NCBI GenBank assembly: GCA_051294905.1
Contig: CM119371.1
Coordinates: 23,066,001 to 23,130,000, forward strand
Direction: 5' to 3'
DNA length: 64,000 bases
Source: Botryllus schlosseri
Lineage: Eukaryota
A program made the position numbers and the translations under genes. The notes beneath the pieces were generated by a model. The model had not been told where the DNA came from. It did not search any database and saw only the letters and a program-made list of their open reading frames with translations. Positions 36,987 to 51,211 of the stretch are shown here, in pieces. Position 1 is the first letter of the stretch. The number at the start of each line of letters is the position of its first letter.

Positions 36987-38527
36987 CTACCTATAGGAGC
37001 GAATGGTGCGGTTGCTCGGCAATTGGAGAACATTGTTGCTTCTAATGTGTGCATAGGCTGCTGGGGATCTCGAGTACAACTCAATGCACCATCTCAGAAT
37101 GTCAGGATGATAGCGGCGACCATTACCTGACCTCTGGGAATTGATCATGTCATCAAGAAATAATTGATGCAAGAACTCATTCATGTTGCCTTTTTCAGTA
37201 TCAACCATCGCCTATAAATTAACCTTATTAGTTGCATGTTGCTGCCAGTTATGTGTGTGGTCTGCAATAAATACCTGAACCGTCAAATGTACCTGCTCAT
37301 CCACCTCTACCGTTTCGTCCAAGCTATTTTGGTTATTCGCCTTGATGTATGCTGAGCAACCATCACAAATCTCCAGCGAATCAACTAGAATGTGGGCAAT
37401 CAAGGTCACAGAGCTCAGTTACACTGACCTGTCCAACGCAGATTTGTACCTAAAATACGGCATGTCGCGCAGCGATGAATCAGAGACACTTTTAGTTCGT
37501 GACTACCCATTCTTCCGACTACAGGGTGAGATTTGGTGTCCTGAAATTCTGATCCGACTCCGGAACATACATTTAGCTTCTCCAATTGCTCTAAATATGT
37601 CGTATTTCAACATCATTATCAGTTACTTCAGTGAATTTTCGCAACCTACTGATGACATCATGTAGTTCTATGTAACATATATCCATCTCAAAAAATTGTT
37701 TCGAATCCACTGCCCAGCCAAAGCAGTGAAGTTGGTTGTTCCCTGATTGCAGGTCAATGCTTATCCTGAACAAATAATACTTCATAATTGCAGTCATTTT
37801 TCAATCTATTTCAGGCTACTTACACGGACACTTATTAATTTTTTCGCTACCTGACACACTATTACACCAATGACTAACAAATTCACCTCAATCTTGGTGC
37901 CAGACCAGAGTCTTCATCATCGTCATACTGTCCAATCAACCTGCCCTTTTTTTCGTATAACACCCAATATTCTAAATGATCAAATGTTAGCCATTCACTT
38001 GCACATTATATGTATATCCTAGGGACACCACCTGACTCTACTCGTATCTTAATTGCTGCCTTGTGAAGTTTTTCAAAGGTTCTGTAAACCTGTTTTGGAG
38101 GTAATTGTTTCCTCTTGCTAGGGGGGTTGCGATGTGGACTCCTGAACACACTAGTCAAATTTTTCGGAAGATTTTCAGTTGGCAGCGCTCCGATCCTAAG
38201 CATTTTCCTGGACTTTTTGATTATAATGTCACTTTGACTGAAATGTTGCTCGCAGATTGCCATCCTACATGAAGGAAAACAACTACTGAACAATAACCCC
38301 TTCTTGTAACCATTCTATCAGACTCACATTTCTCTACAAAGCTTGTCTGCAATGATTTTCTTTGTCTCACCCCTAACTGAGTACACAAACTTGTGCAGCA
38401 TTTCTCTGTGGTGTTTTTTTTCCTCACTGGCTGCAAATTCAGGGCGAAGCACAGTAAAAAGACCAATTCGATTTTTAGATGGCTTTCGAAAGTTGCACTC
38501 AGGAACACAACAATTTGATGGAGCCAT
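36987..38527 (-). mobile_element. THAP-domain P-element-like transposase, spliced 5' half, catalytic domain missing
   Basis: MAPSNCCVPEC..|intron|..AICEQHF..GALPT forms a complete THAP motif. GRRYHPDILRWCIELYSRSPAAYAHIR..LQLPSNRTIRSY is typical of the region preceding the P-type DDE core. Confidence 0.85.
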
Positions 38528-39839
38528 GTTTGCAAAACCTAATCTTTGAAATACAAAATGATAATAATGTTACTTAGAAGAGCAAAGTCAAGACGATGTG
38601 ATTTGAAAATTGAATGATCAAATCAAGTAATATAATAGCATTAGCGTAAGGTGGGCGAATTTAAAGTCTGATATCACTAGTCAGCTGCCACTCTTCACAG
38701 GCCTGATTAGGATATTTGTTTTTCCTCTGCATTTAGGTGTGTGAGATCAGAGTTGCCGTCGTGATATGACATCAATATCAGGTGAATAGTGCTTGCAAAT
38801 CGTTTAAACGAGTCATTTTGAACCTTCCAGAAGACCGAATTGTGGCATACATGGTGGTGACCAACATTCTTTTCTTTGGGAGCGAGCGACTACGGGTCTC
38901 GTGATGGTGATATGGAGTACTGGTACAATACTTCGTATTGCAGTTCTTGCGGCCGCACAGTGATTACTATAACAAGTAAGACTTTACAGGCTAAACGAAT
39001 GATACTATATCGCTGTTCCTGCGAAAAAATTCAGTAAATGGTACATGTAAATTGCCAATTGCAAATAGATTGCACATTGCGGCCAGATTTTATCACACAA
39101 TAACACAAATTGCCTCTCTTCATCGTTTAGAAACTCCAGATTTCCGATGAATACTGTCCTCTGTCCATAAGTATTGGTTGTAAAACCACTGAACCTATTC
39201 ACAAGGCATGAATAAACAACGACTCGATGTGTTGCAGTTGGCTTTCTGCGCCTAAATGCCGCGGCTACCGCTCTCATCTAATCGAAATTGTCTCGAAACT
39301 GGAGACCATCACATCTACATTCGTTACGATTGTTCGGTTGTCCAAATCCGGTAGATTCAGTCAGGCGTGACCTAACAATGGGGAAACGGGAGTTTCCGTT
39401 CCATAGTCACTTTCTATAATAGTACCGTATGTCCGTATATTATAGTTTATAGTATTCATAGTTTGTTATTGTTGCCATTGGTACAATACGAATTTCATGG
39501 TTTGTGATTTTGATTGTTGCGTCATACTTTGCCTTTTTGGTTTTGATTTAAATCTGTTTAAATCCCTTTAGTGTGCCGATAACTCTTGAAAAGAGGCACC
39601 CGAAAAGTCTTCGAGTTAATAAAGATTATTCTACAATGGATATTGTAATAAAAGAATATATATATTATAGGAAAATTCACGGATATGGCGTTGTAGCTGG
39701 TAATGCATTCTGGATGATAGACCCTGAGTAGGGCTTGGCAAAACCGAGATCCTGAGTGATTCGATTCTGAATCACGTAGTACGCTTCGAGTCGAGTCGAG
39801 TATTCGAGTATGGCTCATGATGACGTCACACCACAATGC

Positions 39840-39995
39840 ACTATGTCAAACTTCAAACATGCACCTTTTATGCCACCACAAAGAATAAAATGCTTTCCGT
39901 CACATTGAAGATACTTCAGTCTTTTTTTGACCATACCGATTTGATTGCACTTCATGACAATGTTGTGCGATGATCATGACTTCGGAAATGTGTCA
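39840..39995. repeat. Dispersed repeat, with inverted copy at about 62950-63090
   Basis: ..gacaatgttgtgcgatgatcatgacttcggaaatgtg vs cacattgccgaagtcatgaccatcccacaacattgtc.. Confidence 0.6.
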
Positions 39996-41458
39996 TACCT
40001 CATTTCCAGTCACGTTCAAAGTAGGGATGTTGTGAACGTGAAATTAAGGTTCACATTCTGTGTGTAACCCTCACAAATTTAAAGGTTCACGTTCACAAAC
40101 GAAGCTTGGTAGATATTACAATGTGAACCTTTTTCATGTGTTACAATTTTTCACGTCATCATAACATCTTTCGTCTAATTTTTATGCATTTCCACTTCGG
40201 ATCACTCTATGCAGGGCGCTGGCAGTGTAAAGAAACGAGCATGCACTTTGACAACCTCAAACAATTTTACTGCTTCCTTTCAATGTGTTGCTCGAAACAT
40301 GTGTATTTTTTTTTGACAATTCCCAACAACCAGAATAGAAGACTTTAGTATACGGGTGCATCGGCCTCAGTTTTAGACAGGTTTGCAGAATATAAGAATC
40401 ATTTGTGGATCTTGGTAGGCCGAACTTTATTCCGTTTATTGACCTTTCCAATAAACAAAATAGTCTTCGCGGCAACTTTGTCAATGACAGGAGGGCAGAC
40501 TTATTTTACCTTCAAATCTAATAGAAAATAGAGAGTCAGAGTGCAGTTACTATTGTTGCCACATTTCTATAACGTCTATCCCTGCACCACCCTCATTATA
40601 TACCATTTAAGAACATTTGATTCGATTTAAAAGTAGATATATTATAGGCTAATAGTAGAGAGTCAAAACATATTAAAAGCACTCCGGCACACATCCGGTC
40701 AGTATGTGTTTCCGCTATATTTCGATTACGACCGGTGTTACATATGTTTTCGTGATTGCCACTGCGACTCAACGATGAATCAATTTACTTGAACATGGAA
40801 AACGGGTTGTCGACCACTGGCTTAGCATGGTTTCAATATGACGAATGCATCACATACGTCACCCCTGCGTTACAATTTTAACATCAGGTAGTTTGGCACA
40901 CATCCCAGCTCGCTGATATTCGCTACCTCCTCATGAACTATAGCTATGACGAGACGAGTTCATGCACTAATTCGTGGCCTATTTCACCTCGCCGAACCCT
41001 CCACATAGTTCGCGACAGCCGGCCCAGATTCTATTACTTGGTAAATAATAAGCCATCACTGTCATCCCTGCCATTCGCTGTGATGCCAAGAATGCCATGG
41101 ATAACCTTTTTTCCCGCATCATCAGTATCTGGATGGTGATAAAACCTACAGAAGCGGTGCACACGAGTTTTCCGGTATCGACTCTAATTCCGATTTAAAA
41201 ATATTTCGGCCATCCAACTCTAGAAAAGGTCAGCAAACTCGTTGCTATCAGTTTTTAATGAATGCATACTTTATGCATTCTGCATAGGATTTCAAGACCT
41301 GTTGCTGCTGTACCAAGCTGGTATATTTAGTTAATTATGTCACGGAAACAAAACATGCGACAAAAGTTATATTCGCTCGTTCGATCAAATTTATTTGCAC
41401 AACAAACAATTCCGACTAGTAACATATATACTTCCTTCTATAATAATTTATGAAATTA

Positions 41459-44400
41459 TTACAAGAAGTATTGTATAGCATCGCAGCGGCTAAGTCTTAT
41501 TGGTGCATTTATGCCATGCTTTAGAACAGTGATCGGGAACCTTTTTCGTCCGAAGAGCCATATTGAGCGTATATTTTCCATTTTACCTCCCAGAGAGCCA
41601 TACATGTCAATCAACTACTACGTCACAATTGAAAAATTGTGACGTCGTGGTAGCGCAAATTCGGCATCATAACAAGGGATTCGTCATTTGCAGCGTATTT
41701 TCTCAGTAAAAATTCGTACTAATCATGCTCGTTGCCTTATTTGAATAATGAGTATGCAAATCTTGAGCTGCATAGATTTATTTGCAAGTAATATATTTTT
41801 AATTGTATTGTACTAAGAGGCATATAATATTTTTTTGAAGCTTAAGACGAGTACCATTTCGATTTCCAACAGACGTAGACAACAATAGAAGTATGAATCT
41901 ACTTTTAACCCACCTGTTACTGTTGCTTCTTTTGGTGTTTCATGGTATTCATCCTGGTGGCTTTTTAGTATGGTCGATCATTGAGGTTAAACCTAACACA
42001 AAATTTGAGACTTTCGTCAGTTATACAAGATCGTTAGTTCGTCTTAATGCTATTTTTAAATTCGAGGACCCATGATGGCATACGTATAGGTGGAGTCAGA
42101 CATGGTCATTCCACATTAGTATACATAGCCATTTGTGATGCGTCAGTGAAGTGGGGTCAGGGGAGGCAAGTGAGGCAGTGCCTCACCTGTCTACTAGATT
42201 TTGAACATATTTACTACCAAAATCACGCAACTTGCCTATTTATTGTTTGAAAATAAAGTTCGAAACAGAGGCTAAGGCATTGTGTTAGCGCAATTCATCG
42301 TAAATATCTTAGAATGTATAATAACTGATATTATTCGAATGTAATTGTCGCACTAACTCGGATTCAGCTTCTCAATTCTCAAAAGATTCGGCGGTACGAT
42401 TTGCGCAACACGCTTGCATTTTAACAGCGACTACAAAGCTACGTTATCAATCAAGAACGTGCAGTGCATGGATAGCTATGGCGTTGATTGTAATTTGAAT
42501 TTGTAGTTGTGAATGTCACTTCACGGCAGTTTATTTCTCGCCGGAGATCAGAAAGACAATGTATATTTGAAAACTGCATTGTGATAAGGCACCGCCATGT
42601 CTTCTAGTCTCTTTGATCAATGAATGCATCGTGCGATTGAAATTTCGTACCGGGTACATCACATTTGCCCGTGATATTGGTCGGCAGCAACTTAAATTTG
42701 AGGATTTTGAAAAAGGGGGTCTGAACCGCTATCCTTGAATACGTCACTGTATTAACCTCTTGAGGACATTTTTTACTCCCACAAGACTATTTATACTGCT
42801 CGTGCTGAAGATTTAATAACGAGTTGCTGCAATATTGATAAATTAAGCACAAAAAATGAAAAGTTCGCAAAAAGCCAAATCTTATGCCCAAAAGAGCCAT
42901 ATATGGCTCGCGAGCCATAGGTTCCCGACCACTGCTTGAGAAGATCGTTCCGAATAAACAACAATCCATCTGCGGTAATGCTCCTTTCCGCGGTAAAAAC
43001 CTGCACACGCCAACCTAGAAGAGAGTAGCATAAAAGAATCAGAAAACCCATAATAAATTTTATTGAGAGAGGAAAATATCGACCACGCGCTACTTACGTA
43101 TCAATCGATCGGTTACGCACGATACTTGACGACAGGTTGCGACGGAAATCGATTTTATAATTTGATATTGGATTGTTGCCGTGAAGTAAGTAAGCTGTAA
43201 GTACCTGAAGGACTGCAATGTACGGAAGCCACGTAATGGTATGACTTCCAAATATCCTTATACACAATAGGTTTTCCTGATGAAGCTGAAAGAAATTGAA
43301 ATTAATTAATCAATATCATCAATGAATTCAATCATGTTTACGAGACAGTGTGTCAAGCAGTGGGCGATTTCGAGAAACAAGTCTTCGAAAATACCAATGG
43401 AGGCTATTGGGGAGATGAAGAGACAAAAATATGTGGACATCCAGTCATGCATATCACATAAACACGGCTAAAAATGCTCGTGAAGACGGCTTATTTTGCA
43501 TTTGACGCGTAGGTTGACAAAGAAAAGGGTCAACTCGATGGCAAATGGACGAGGTGAACGGTTTTCCGGGAACCTATGCTCGGTAAAATGATCTTGTGTT
43601 AGTCAATTCACCATCGATCAGAGTTAGATGAATAAATTTCCCGTTTCTTTGTGTCGGGTTTTGCAATAAGATATCGTTGCGAAGACTAGCACTATTGTGA
43701 AAAGAAACAAATCGAAATATTATGCAACTTACTTCTATCCATCATAATTGGAGAGGTATCACTACTGTCAAGAGAGCCGTCGATCTTGACTGTATTCACT
43801 GTATTTCAAGAAAATAAATCGCGATTAAACTATGACAACGCTCCTTTCATCATGTATACAATTGTAAAAGAAAAGTATCGGACACCAACTATAGAACTGA
43901 CTCTATCAAAAGTAAAAATGTATGGATCGTTTGCCGATAAGAATTCTACGACATGATCAGCAGATTCTCGGGCGCTAGCATGCAGTGGTACAAATATGAA
44001 TATATTCTATATTTAAGTATTGTAACGTTGAAGCTAACACCTTATCAATGTTTCTAATGGGAGCTTTATCGTTGACTAAATCATCCCTAAAATAGGCAAA
44101 AGCCTTCATTTTCTTTGGAATGAATCAATCAAGTACACATTCAAGTACATTCCTACAATACTGCTGTCTCACGCGTAGTGAGCTATAGTTATTAAGTTCA
44201 CGCTCTACTTGCAGAATGCATGCATTTAACATAGCTTATCAATCGGTACCTCGTATTTAATTAGGTGAAAGACCAAAGTTGAATTACCGTTCTCGATGTA
44301 ACGAGCGTAATATCCATCAGCACCCTGATATCTGGTATGTTCCAGATACTTTCTTATCGTCCCGCTGTTGAAAATCACATAATTCTTGTTGACAGAGATT

Positions 44401-45596
44401 AACATTCTTCTACGCCTTAGGTGAATATCTATGTGGAATTGTCAATACTACAAAGCGAAGACAAAGCAAAACGAACATGCAAATACAACCCAATTAATGG
44501 AAAATTCTATATGGTGAGTCGAGTATTATTGGCCACATTGATACGTATATATATATTACTTGTTATAATATACTGTGGCCAGATCAGTGTATCCGGTTGG
44601 TCCGTCATTTTGTAGCTTGGCTGTGGCGCATGCCTGATCCGCTGTATCGCTGTCTACTGTTGTCAAAGTTACGTACCATGTATAATTGAGCTGAAATGGA
44701 GGAAATATTGAACCATGAGGCCTATAGTTTGTTTCACTTATATCAACCGTTGCAGACATTTTTACCGTGTTGTGGGATTTAAATGCTTAAGCCCGGAAGG
44801 GGTTATCGCTATGCACAGGATCAGCAAATAATAGAATGATCACATTATATTACGAAAAATAGCCTGCGCTTGACATTATCGGATGATAATGCAACATCAA
44901 TTTCGCTCAGAAAAGCCTGCCATTTTCGCCTAATTATTGACGTTATATACGTTATTTCATTGCGCATGTTTGTCTCTTTTCAGGTTATTCGGTAACAATT
45001 AGATATTTCTAACCATGCGTGTAAGGATGATAAGGTCATTGAAAGTCGTTACCACCCTTTCATATCGTCATGGTGTAGAGTTTTTATTGGATGAAAAACA
45101 GATTAAACATATTAAAATAACCGTTTGTTTAAACTCGGTGGCACTGATTTGAGATCAATATGATCAATACGAATGATTTTAATTCAGAATTCTGCTTTCC
45201 CTCATTTGAATTCGAGATTAGCGAATGAGGAAAGCGATACGGAAGTTGTAAGCTCAAGATAAGCCAAGGCGGATGTTTTGTCGGCCACTCGCTGTTGTTA
45301 CATCTCTCTATAAGCCTACGCCAGTCTCTTGAATGCATAAAATCTTTGCAGGTCCACAAGTCATATGCACGCGTAGGAAAATATTTTCAATTGCTTTTAC
45401 GACCGTAATACGAATATGTAATTTCATTTATTCATATATATTGTCACACCTCTGAACAAACAGCAGTTACCTTTGTTGGAGAAATAATTGCGTTGTCCTG
45501 CCTCGGCAACAGTTCGGTCATGTCACACCCGATACTTTCACACCTGGCAAACAATGCCACGCACACGGCAAGTACCAGTAACATCTTAATTATCAT
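41459..45596 (-). CDS. Lipocalin-like secreted protein, copy 2, six exons, last exon split by a transposon
   Basis: Exons 45471-45596, 44560-44690, 44288-44364, 43733-43798, 43205-43285 and 42935-43014 plus 41459-41518. All sites are GT-AG, with phases 0,2,1,1,1 as in chordate lipocalin genes. The product of about 205 aa has a signal peptide, KLNYTWYV, HYVASVHC, GWRVQVF and NDLLKHGINAPIRLSRC. AATAAA on the minus strand near 41390. Confidence 0.85.
41527..42934 (-). mobile_element. hAT-type non-autonomous element inserted in lipocalin exon 6
   Basis: CAGTGATCGGGAACC..GGTTCCCGACCACTG. TSD ctttagaa (41519-41526) / cttgagaa (42935-42942). Confidence 0.92.
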
Positions 45597-46679
45597 GGTC
45601 GGCGTCGATTTGACTGAACGAAGAGCGTGTCTAACCCTTGGATAGGGCGACCTGATATATATAGGCTACGCATTTGCAACCCCGATCTCAAGAAACGATT
45701 CCGGTTAATTGAGGGTACGCGTGACTTGATTATGCGAAGATAATTCGAACATTATGCATGTATTGCTACATAAAACATGGTTCAGAAGACTCGACATAAG
45801 CTTACTCTTTTGAGAAGCATCTTACTCGCCCACAGATATCATGACTCCATGCGCCATATTTGACAAGAATGCTTACCACGTTTTATGCAGCACGTCGACC
45901 ACAGGCGAAACGAGGATATTAGGAGTGAAATATCGTGATGTTGTATAACGAAGATACTACAACTTATTTGACCGGGATGATATCCATTTATTAGCATCCT
46001 AATTCACATAATACTGCATAATGATCACTGTAAACTAACGAAGAATATCTTCGTTCACAAGCCTATAAGTAACGTATAACATTACAAATCATAGGAGAAC
46101 TATAAAACAACACACCATTTTCACCGCAGTTGCAGTACTGTGAAAGTGCACGTTTGATTGATAGAATAGACCCTATGGCTTCGTAGGGCTGAGACCTATT
46201 GAGTCCAAAGTTATATAGCACTGCAGCTATATTATATTCTTTGAGGATCTCGTCGCTGCATACGGAGTTAAACCACTGGCGTCCTCGATCCCGTGAATAA
46301 CGATACTTATGGGCCATTACGGTTGAACAGTTGACTGACATATCATCATTAGGGCTGTTTCGGGATAAATATGTGTTCCCAATTTCATTTACATACTGAT
46401 TAAACTGTTAGGTTGCCTAGGAAGATACACATCAAATTCAACTGAGTTCCGACCAATAGATGCCATCCACCCCGAAATCAAGATGTGGTACATTTTGTGT
46501 GTGTGCGTAACTAATTTTGGCACTTCCTCGTGATGATACATTGTGTTTCTTGCGCTTAGAATATAAATTTATCAGTGACATCCGGCATAAGGTGAATATT
46601 ACATCAGCCGTATAACGTAGACAACGTCTTTCCTGTCGTTGCAGGGAAATTCAACAGCACTTCAAGACATACTTAGTAT

Positions 46680-47672
46680 TAGGGATGGTGTGAACCTCTG
46701 AAAGGTTCGGGTTCGTGTGAACACGAACCTTTTTGAAAGGTTCTGTGTGAACACGAACGTGAACCTCGTGACGTCATATTGCTAATTCCAACCCTATCTT
46801 TCAATGAAATGATAGCCTATGTTAATGTAGGCTACTTGTACACGATACCCAGCGAAGACTCGGGCCACATAATGTCGCATTGCTGAAGTACATATTGGCG
46901 TTTTAAACGTCGCTATATGTATCAACCGCGGTTATCAAAGGATATAATAATCTCATAAAATCAATACATTCCGTCGCTTTGCCAACAATTTCGACGAGGA
47001 CTTACCAGGGAATATAAGCATACGCCTTAACGGTCTTAGCCAGACCGGACAATGTGTTTGGAATCTGAGTATTGCTACATTGATATTGAGCTGAGTGTAA
47101 AACGGGTTTCTATACTCGCTACCGATACCATAAACAACAAGTTATATAGCAGTATCCAGCACCTTAATCGCACGGATTTGGTTTTATTGATACAGTAAAG
47201 ATATGAAATCGAGATTGACCCCGTACGCCCGCTCGATTTTTTACATCAGAAAACGATATCAATGTCATTGATTGGTTGAATAACCATCATTCGCTGACTA
47301 CGTATATAGCTCGTGATGTTGTGTGATTGCGGGTCAAGCTCACAGCAGAGAGTCACTAAATATTCACAAACGGAAAGCTGGATATTTCGAGAAATTTTTG
47401 GTAACAAAAAAGCCAGTAAAACTTTTAAGGTTGTCAGGGTGCATGCTCGTTTAGTGTTGATTTTTTATGCTGCCAGCGCCATGCATCGAGTGACCCGCAG
47501 TTGAAATGCAATAAATTTGAACCAAAGATCTTATAATGAAGTGCAAATTACAATTAACCAAAAAGGTTCACAGTGCAGAACCTACCAAGGTTCTGTTGTG
47601 AACGCGAACCTCTAAATTTCCGAGGTTCACACACAGAACGCGAACGTGAACCTCACGTTCACACCATCCCTA
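46680..47672. mobile_element. hAT (Ac-like, TAGGGATG) MITE with GTGAAC subterminal repeats
   Basis: TAGGGATGGTGTGAAC..GTTCACACCATCCCTA with a perfect TSD cttagtat. A related end fragment lies at about 40022-40130. Confidence 0.93.
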
Positions 47673-48379
47673 CTTAGTATTGCCGAAATCATACTGATTC
47701 TTAAACATATTGCTTGAAACATCACGTTATTTCGTCAGTGTATAATAAAATAACCAGTTTCCGAAAGCAACCTCTAATGGTACTTAGTTCCAGTTTTTAC
47801 CAAATCGTTCTTCGTCAAGAATGATTCCCTCAGCAAACCCAGTAGTACGAGTCCGAACTAGAGCCTATTGCGTCACGAGAATTTCATCAACAAGTTGTTA
47901 CCAAAAAATACAAAATGCCTAGTGAGCCGTGCTATAAGTCGGCAGTTACGGAATAAAAATGAAAAATATCGGCCTGGTGTAAATGACCATAGCAGTCGAC
48001 AAACACCATGAATACCACAAAAAAGTTCACCTAATGAATTCGAAGCATATATGCTACACTGGCTTAAGCTATTTTTGATACATCTGCTGTGACACGTATT
48101 AGTAACAGGTGCATGATACTAATGCATTTACGTCGCGGTTTTGAATAATCAATTTCCATAACAAAACAATTGGTTAATTTATAAATGTGGAAGTTTTTTG
48201 TCATGGTTCTCCGTACTACGAGATGGGTAGCGTACCATTAACAATGAACTGATACAATCACAAGCGCAGAAACTTTCCGAAACAAATGTTATCCATTCGA
48301 ATTAGAGAAACCGGTGGTTGCATATTTTGATGCATCCTTAACAACGATTCAAGAGCTCTGTTCCAGCTAGACTAAATAG

Positions 48380-49084
48380 CAAGGATGGGGAGGCCTTCTT
48401 AATGCAAGAGCCGCATATCTAAAATCTTAGCTTTGAAAAAGCCACAACACAAAAATTGAAAAATATTAATTTATGACGTCACATGGAAATTTAGGCTATC
48501 GAATCGATTTTGTTATTGTGTGGTCTCCACCTGGGCTGCAAGGTGTTTGAAGTCAGGCTTATATGACGTGTAAGCAGCTCCTTCAAGTGCTGGTGAGTAA
48601 GATTTTAGCTCCGTAATCTCGACGACATTTTCTTGGCGAAACTCTGCAGTTATTGCCTGTCTTTACAATACAACCCGCAGAGCCGTATTCAACATTGCTA
48701 GGCCGGAAATGATTGTGACCTGCGCTGGCTTAATTAATGATTGAGTCCATTGTTGAACACAATGATTTATCGTTGATTGATTAATGACCAGACATCCATT
48801 GTTGCCGGTGAAACGTTTATGTGAACTCGATTCGAGAGTTCATTTGCTAATTTCTAGTCATGTAGTGCCACCGTCCCCTAAATTTTACGAGTCCTGCGTG
48901 AACCACAAGAGAAGAAACATCACGAGAACAATAGACATATGGTTTATACGCGATAAAATGCATCAACCAAATTAATCAACTTTAGCTAAATGGCGAAGCG
49001 CATGTGCAGTGCAATAAATAATGAGCCGCAATCAAAGCCGAAAGAGCCGCATGCGGCTCGCGAGCCCTACTTTGGCCGCCCCTG
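48380..49084. mobile_element. hAT-type MITE
   Basis: Right end gagccgcatgcggctcgcgagcc..gccgcccctg. TSD ctaaatag/ctatatag (7/8). Confidence 0.75.
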
Positions 49085-49123
49085 CTATATAGCATGTAAT
49101 ATAAGATTTTATATCGTAGAGCT

Positions 49124-49508
49124 CAGTGGCTCCCAACGTGGGCGATGTCGCCCCCAAGGGGCGATTTGGATGACTGGGGGGGAGGGGGGATAACGAATGG
49201 GGTGATAGGGGGGCGAAACGGCCGAAGGGGCGATAGGGAAGCGAACATAACGAAGGGGACGATGGCGCGTTATAGCGGCTATATTGGAGTCAAGTCAGAG
49301 AAATGATCCTTTTTTTTATGTCCACTCACGAAAATTTATGTGTAAAGGTGTAATGTCGAGTTCGAGCCGAAAAGTTGACCTTTTTTTCAGTCAACTCACC
49401 AATGATTACAGTTTGTATGCCCATTTTCGGTTCCCAATATTTGGGGGGCGATGATCGGTGTAGAGCTTGAAAAGGGGGCGATGAGTCGAAAAAGGCTGAG
49501 AACGACTG
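49124..49508. mobile_element. hAT-type MITE with GGGGCGA repeats
   Basis: CAGTGGCTCCCAAC..GCTGAGAACGACTG. TSD gtagagct/gtccagct (6/8). Confidence 0.75.
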
Positions 49509-49809
49509 GTCCAGCTGAAACAGTGTACTCCAATCGGGTATGCAACGTATATCATGTAGCACCTACCTTATTGATAAGTCGGTAAAACAGGTACTCTCTC
49601 TACTGCTGCGTTCTGTAACGATTAAAAATTGTTGGACAGCAATGTGTATCTATTATCCTATTACTATGATGTGAAATGCATCCTCTACTAACTGGACAAA
49701 TACGATCAATAACCGTCAGCCGGTAATAAACTCTACACTCAGTTCGCCAACTTTTCTGGCCGCGTAGTGATCGCCGATGGAAGTGGCTTCCCGGCACTGA
49801 AAGTTTTTC

Positions 49810-50065
49810 AAACCAATCGTAACGCATACGGCAATCACGTGAGCAGTGAAGTAGAACTTCCGTTTTTTTAACCAATCACGTCGGATCGTGAAATAGTGTG
49901 AGTGGTGAACTGAAATTTTACCGTCGTTCTGCAACCAATCACGACGGATACTGAAATCGAGGACCGTGAACTAAAATTTCCTGTTTTCCAACCACGGATT
50001 CGGAAATCGTGTGAGCTGTGAACTGAAATTATACCTCAGTATTTCAACCAATCAAGACCAATACT
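49810..50065. repeat. Degenerate tandem repeat with unit of about 60 bp (AACCAATCACG..GTGAACTGAAATT)
   Basis: About five units starting near 49812, 49870, 49933, 49990 and 50046. Confidence 0.7.
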
Positions 50066-50729
50066 CAAATGTCTTTTTTTTTTATAGATAACTAACCTAC
50101 GCATAGATTCGCACCACCCATCATCACCCTTGCTCGCCGTGAGGAATTGACTACTGAAGTGCTCAGCAATCTGAACGCAGCATGATCGGTTATCAATAGC
50201 TGAAGACCCGAACCCTCAAATTAAATAAAGTTGATCTTATTTGAAAGCTACCGTCACGCTGATTCTGAAAATAATACATTAAAATTTCATTAGGACAATG
50301 GAACTAACCCGAATTAGCCTTCAAAATCTGAAAATCGACATCGTGCAGCGATGCAGCACAATCACCATAACAACGGCCTTTGCGTTGTTGCGATTGTTCA
50401 GAACAATGTCGATTTGCAGACTTTTGGGGTGCATTTCGAGGGGGTTCCATTGCCCCGATAAGATTTTAATGTATATTTTCGGAATCAATGCGACAGTAGC
50501 TTATAAATAAGCTCAACTTTTTTTAATTTGAGTGGTCGGATCGTCAGCGATAGGATTAGCAATTATCTTGCGTTCCAATTGGTGCAATACAATCCGAATC
50601 TGGTCCCACTGTATCAATATTGCGCAGAATCCGCGTCCCTGACACTATTTTCGTGTCCGTCTGGTGCTCATCATAGGTATCTTTGGTTTTATATATTCAA
50701 CCAATATATTTGGTAGTTGCATGGTCTTA

Positions 50730-50910
50730 ACATAGAATGTAAAAAACATGTTGCGTTTCAGTTTTGAACTTGATTAATGGGAAAACACGTCGCGTTTTCG
50801 GTTTTAAACTTGTTTATTTCAAAAACACGTCGGCGTTTTCCGTCGTTTAACGTGTTATTGGAAAAAACATGCAAAAAACACGTTGAATACACGGTTTATT
50901 TTTTACAGTG
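50730..50910. repeat. Short element with AAAAACACGT repeats ending TTTTACAGTG (CACTG-type terminus)
   Basis: Four to five aaaaacac/atgt motifs and a terminal ttttttacagtg. Confidence 0.5.
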
Positions 50911-51211
50911 TAGGGCGATTTATTTTTACCTAAAAAACGGAAGATTTTGACCTAAAAAATCAATATTTTAACATTTTACGACCTTAAAAAACTTAATTTT
51001 GATCAAATTTTGCTCTAACGTACGCAAATTAGGTGTTTTCCCACATAATGTTAGAATTGAACTACTCATCTTCATTTCTGGTTGGATCTGTCTGTGCTTA
51101 CGAAGTAGATTGGCCTGAAAAAACTTTTTTACCTGAAAAATTTTTAGATTACAAACCCTATTTGTTTATTTATTTATTTAAATATTTATTATATCTGGCC
51201 ATATGAAGACC

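Noticed and set aside
39005..41164. ORFs 39005..39277(-) and 40979..41164(-) as further lipocalin exons
   Set aside because: Copy 2 is already complete with its stop at 41459, and these frames show no match to the paralogues.
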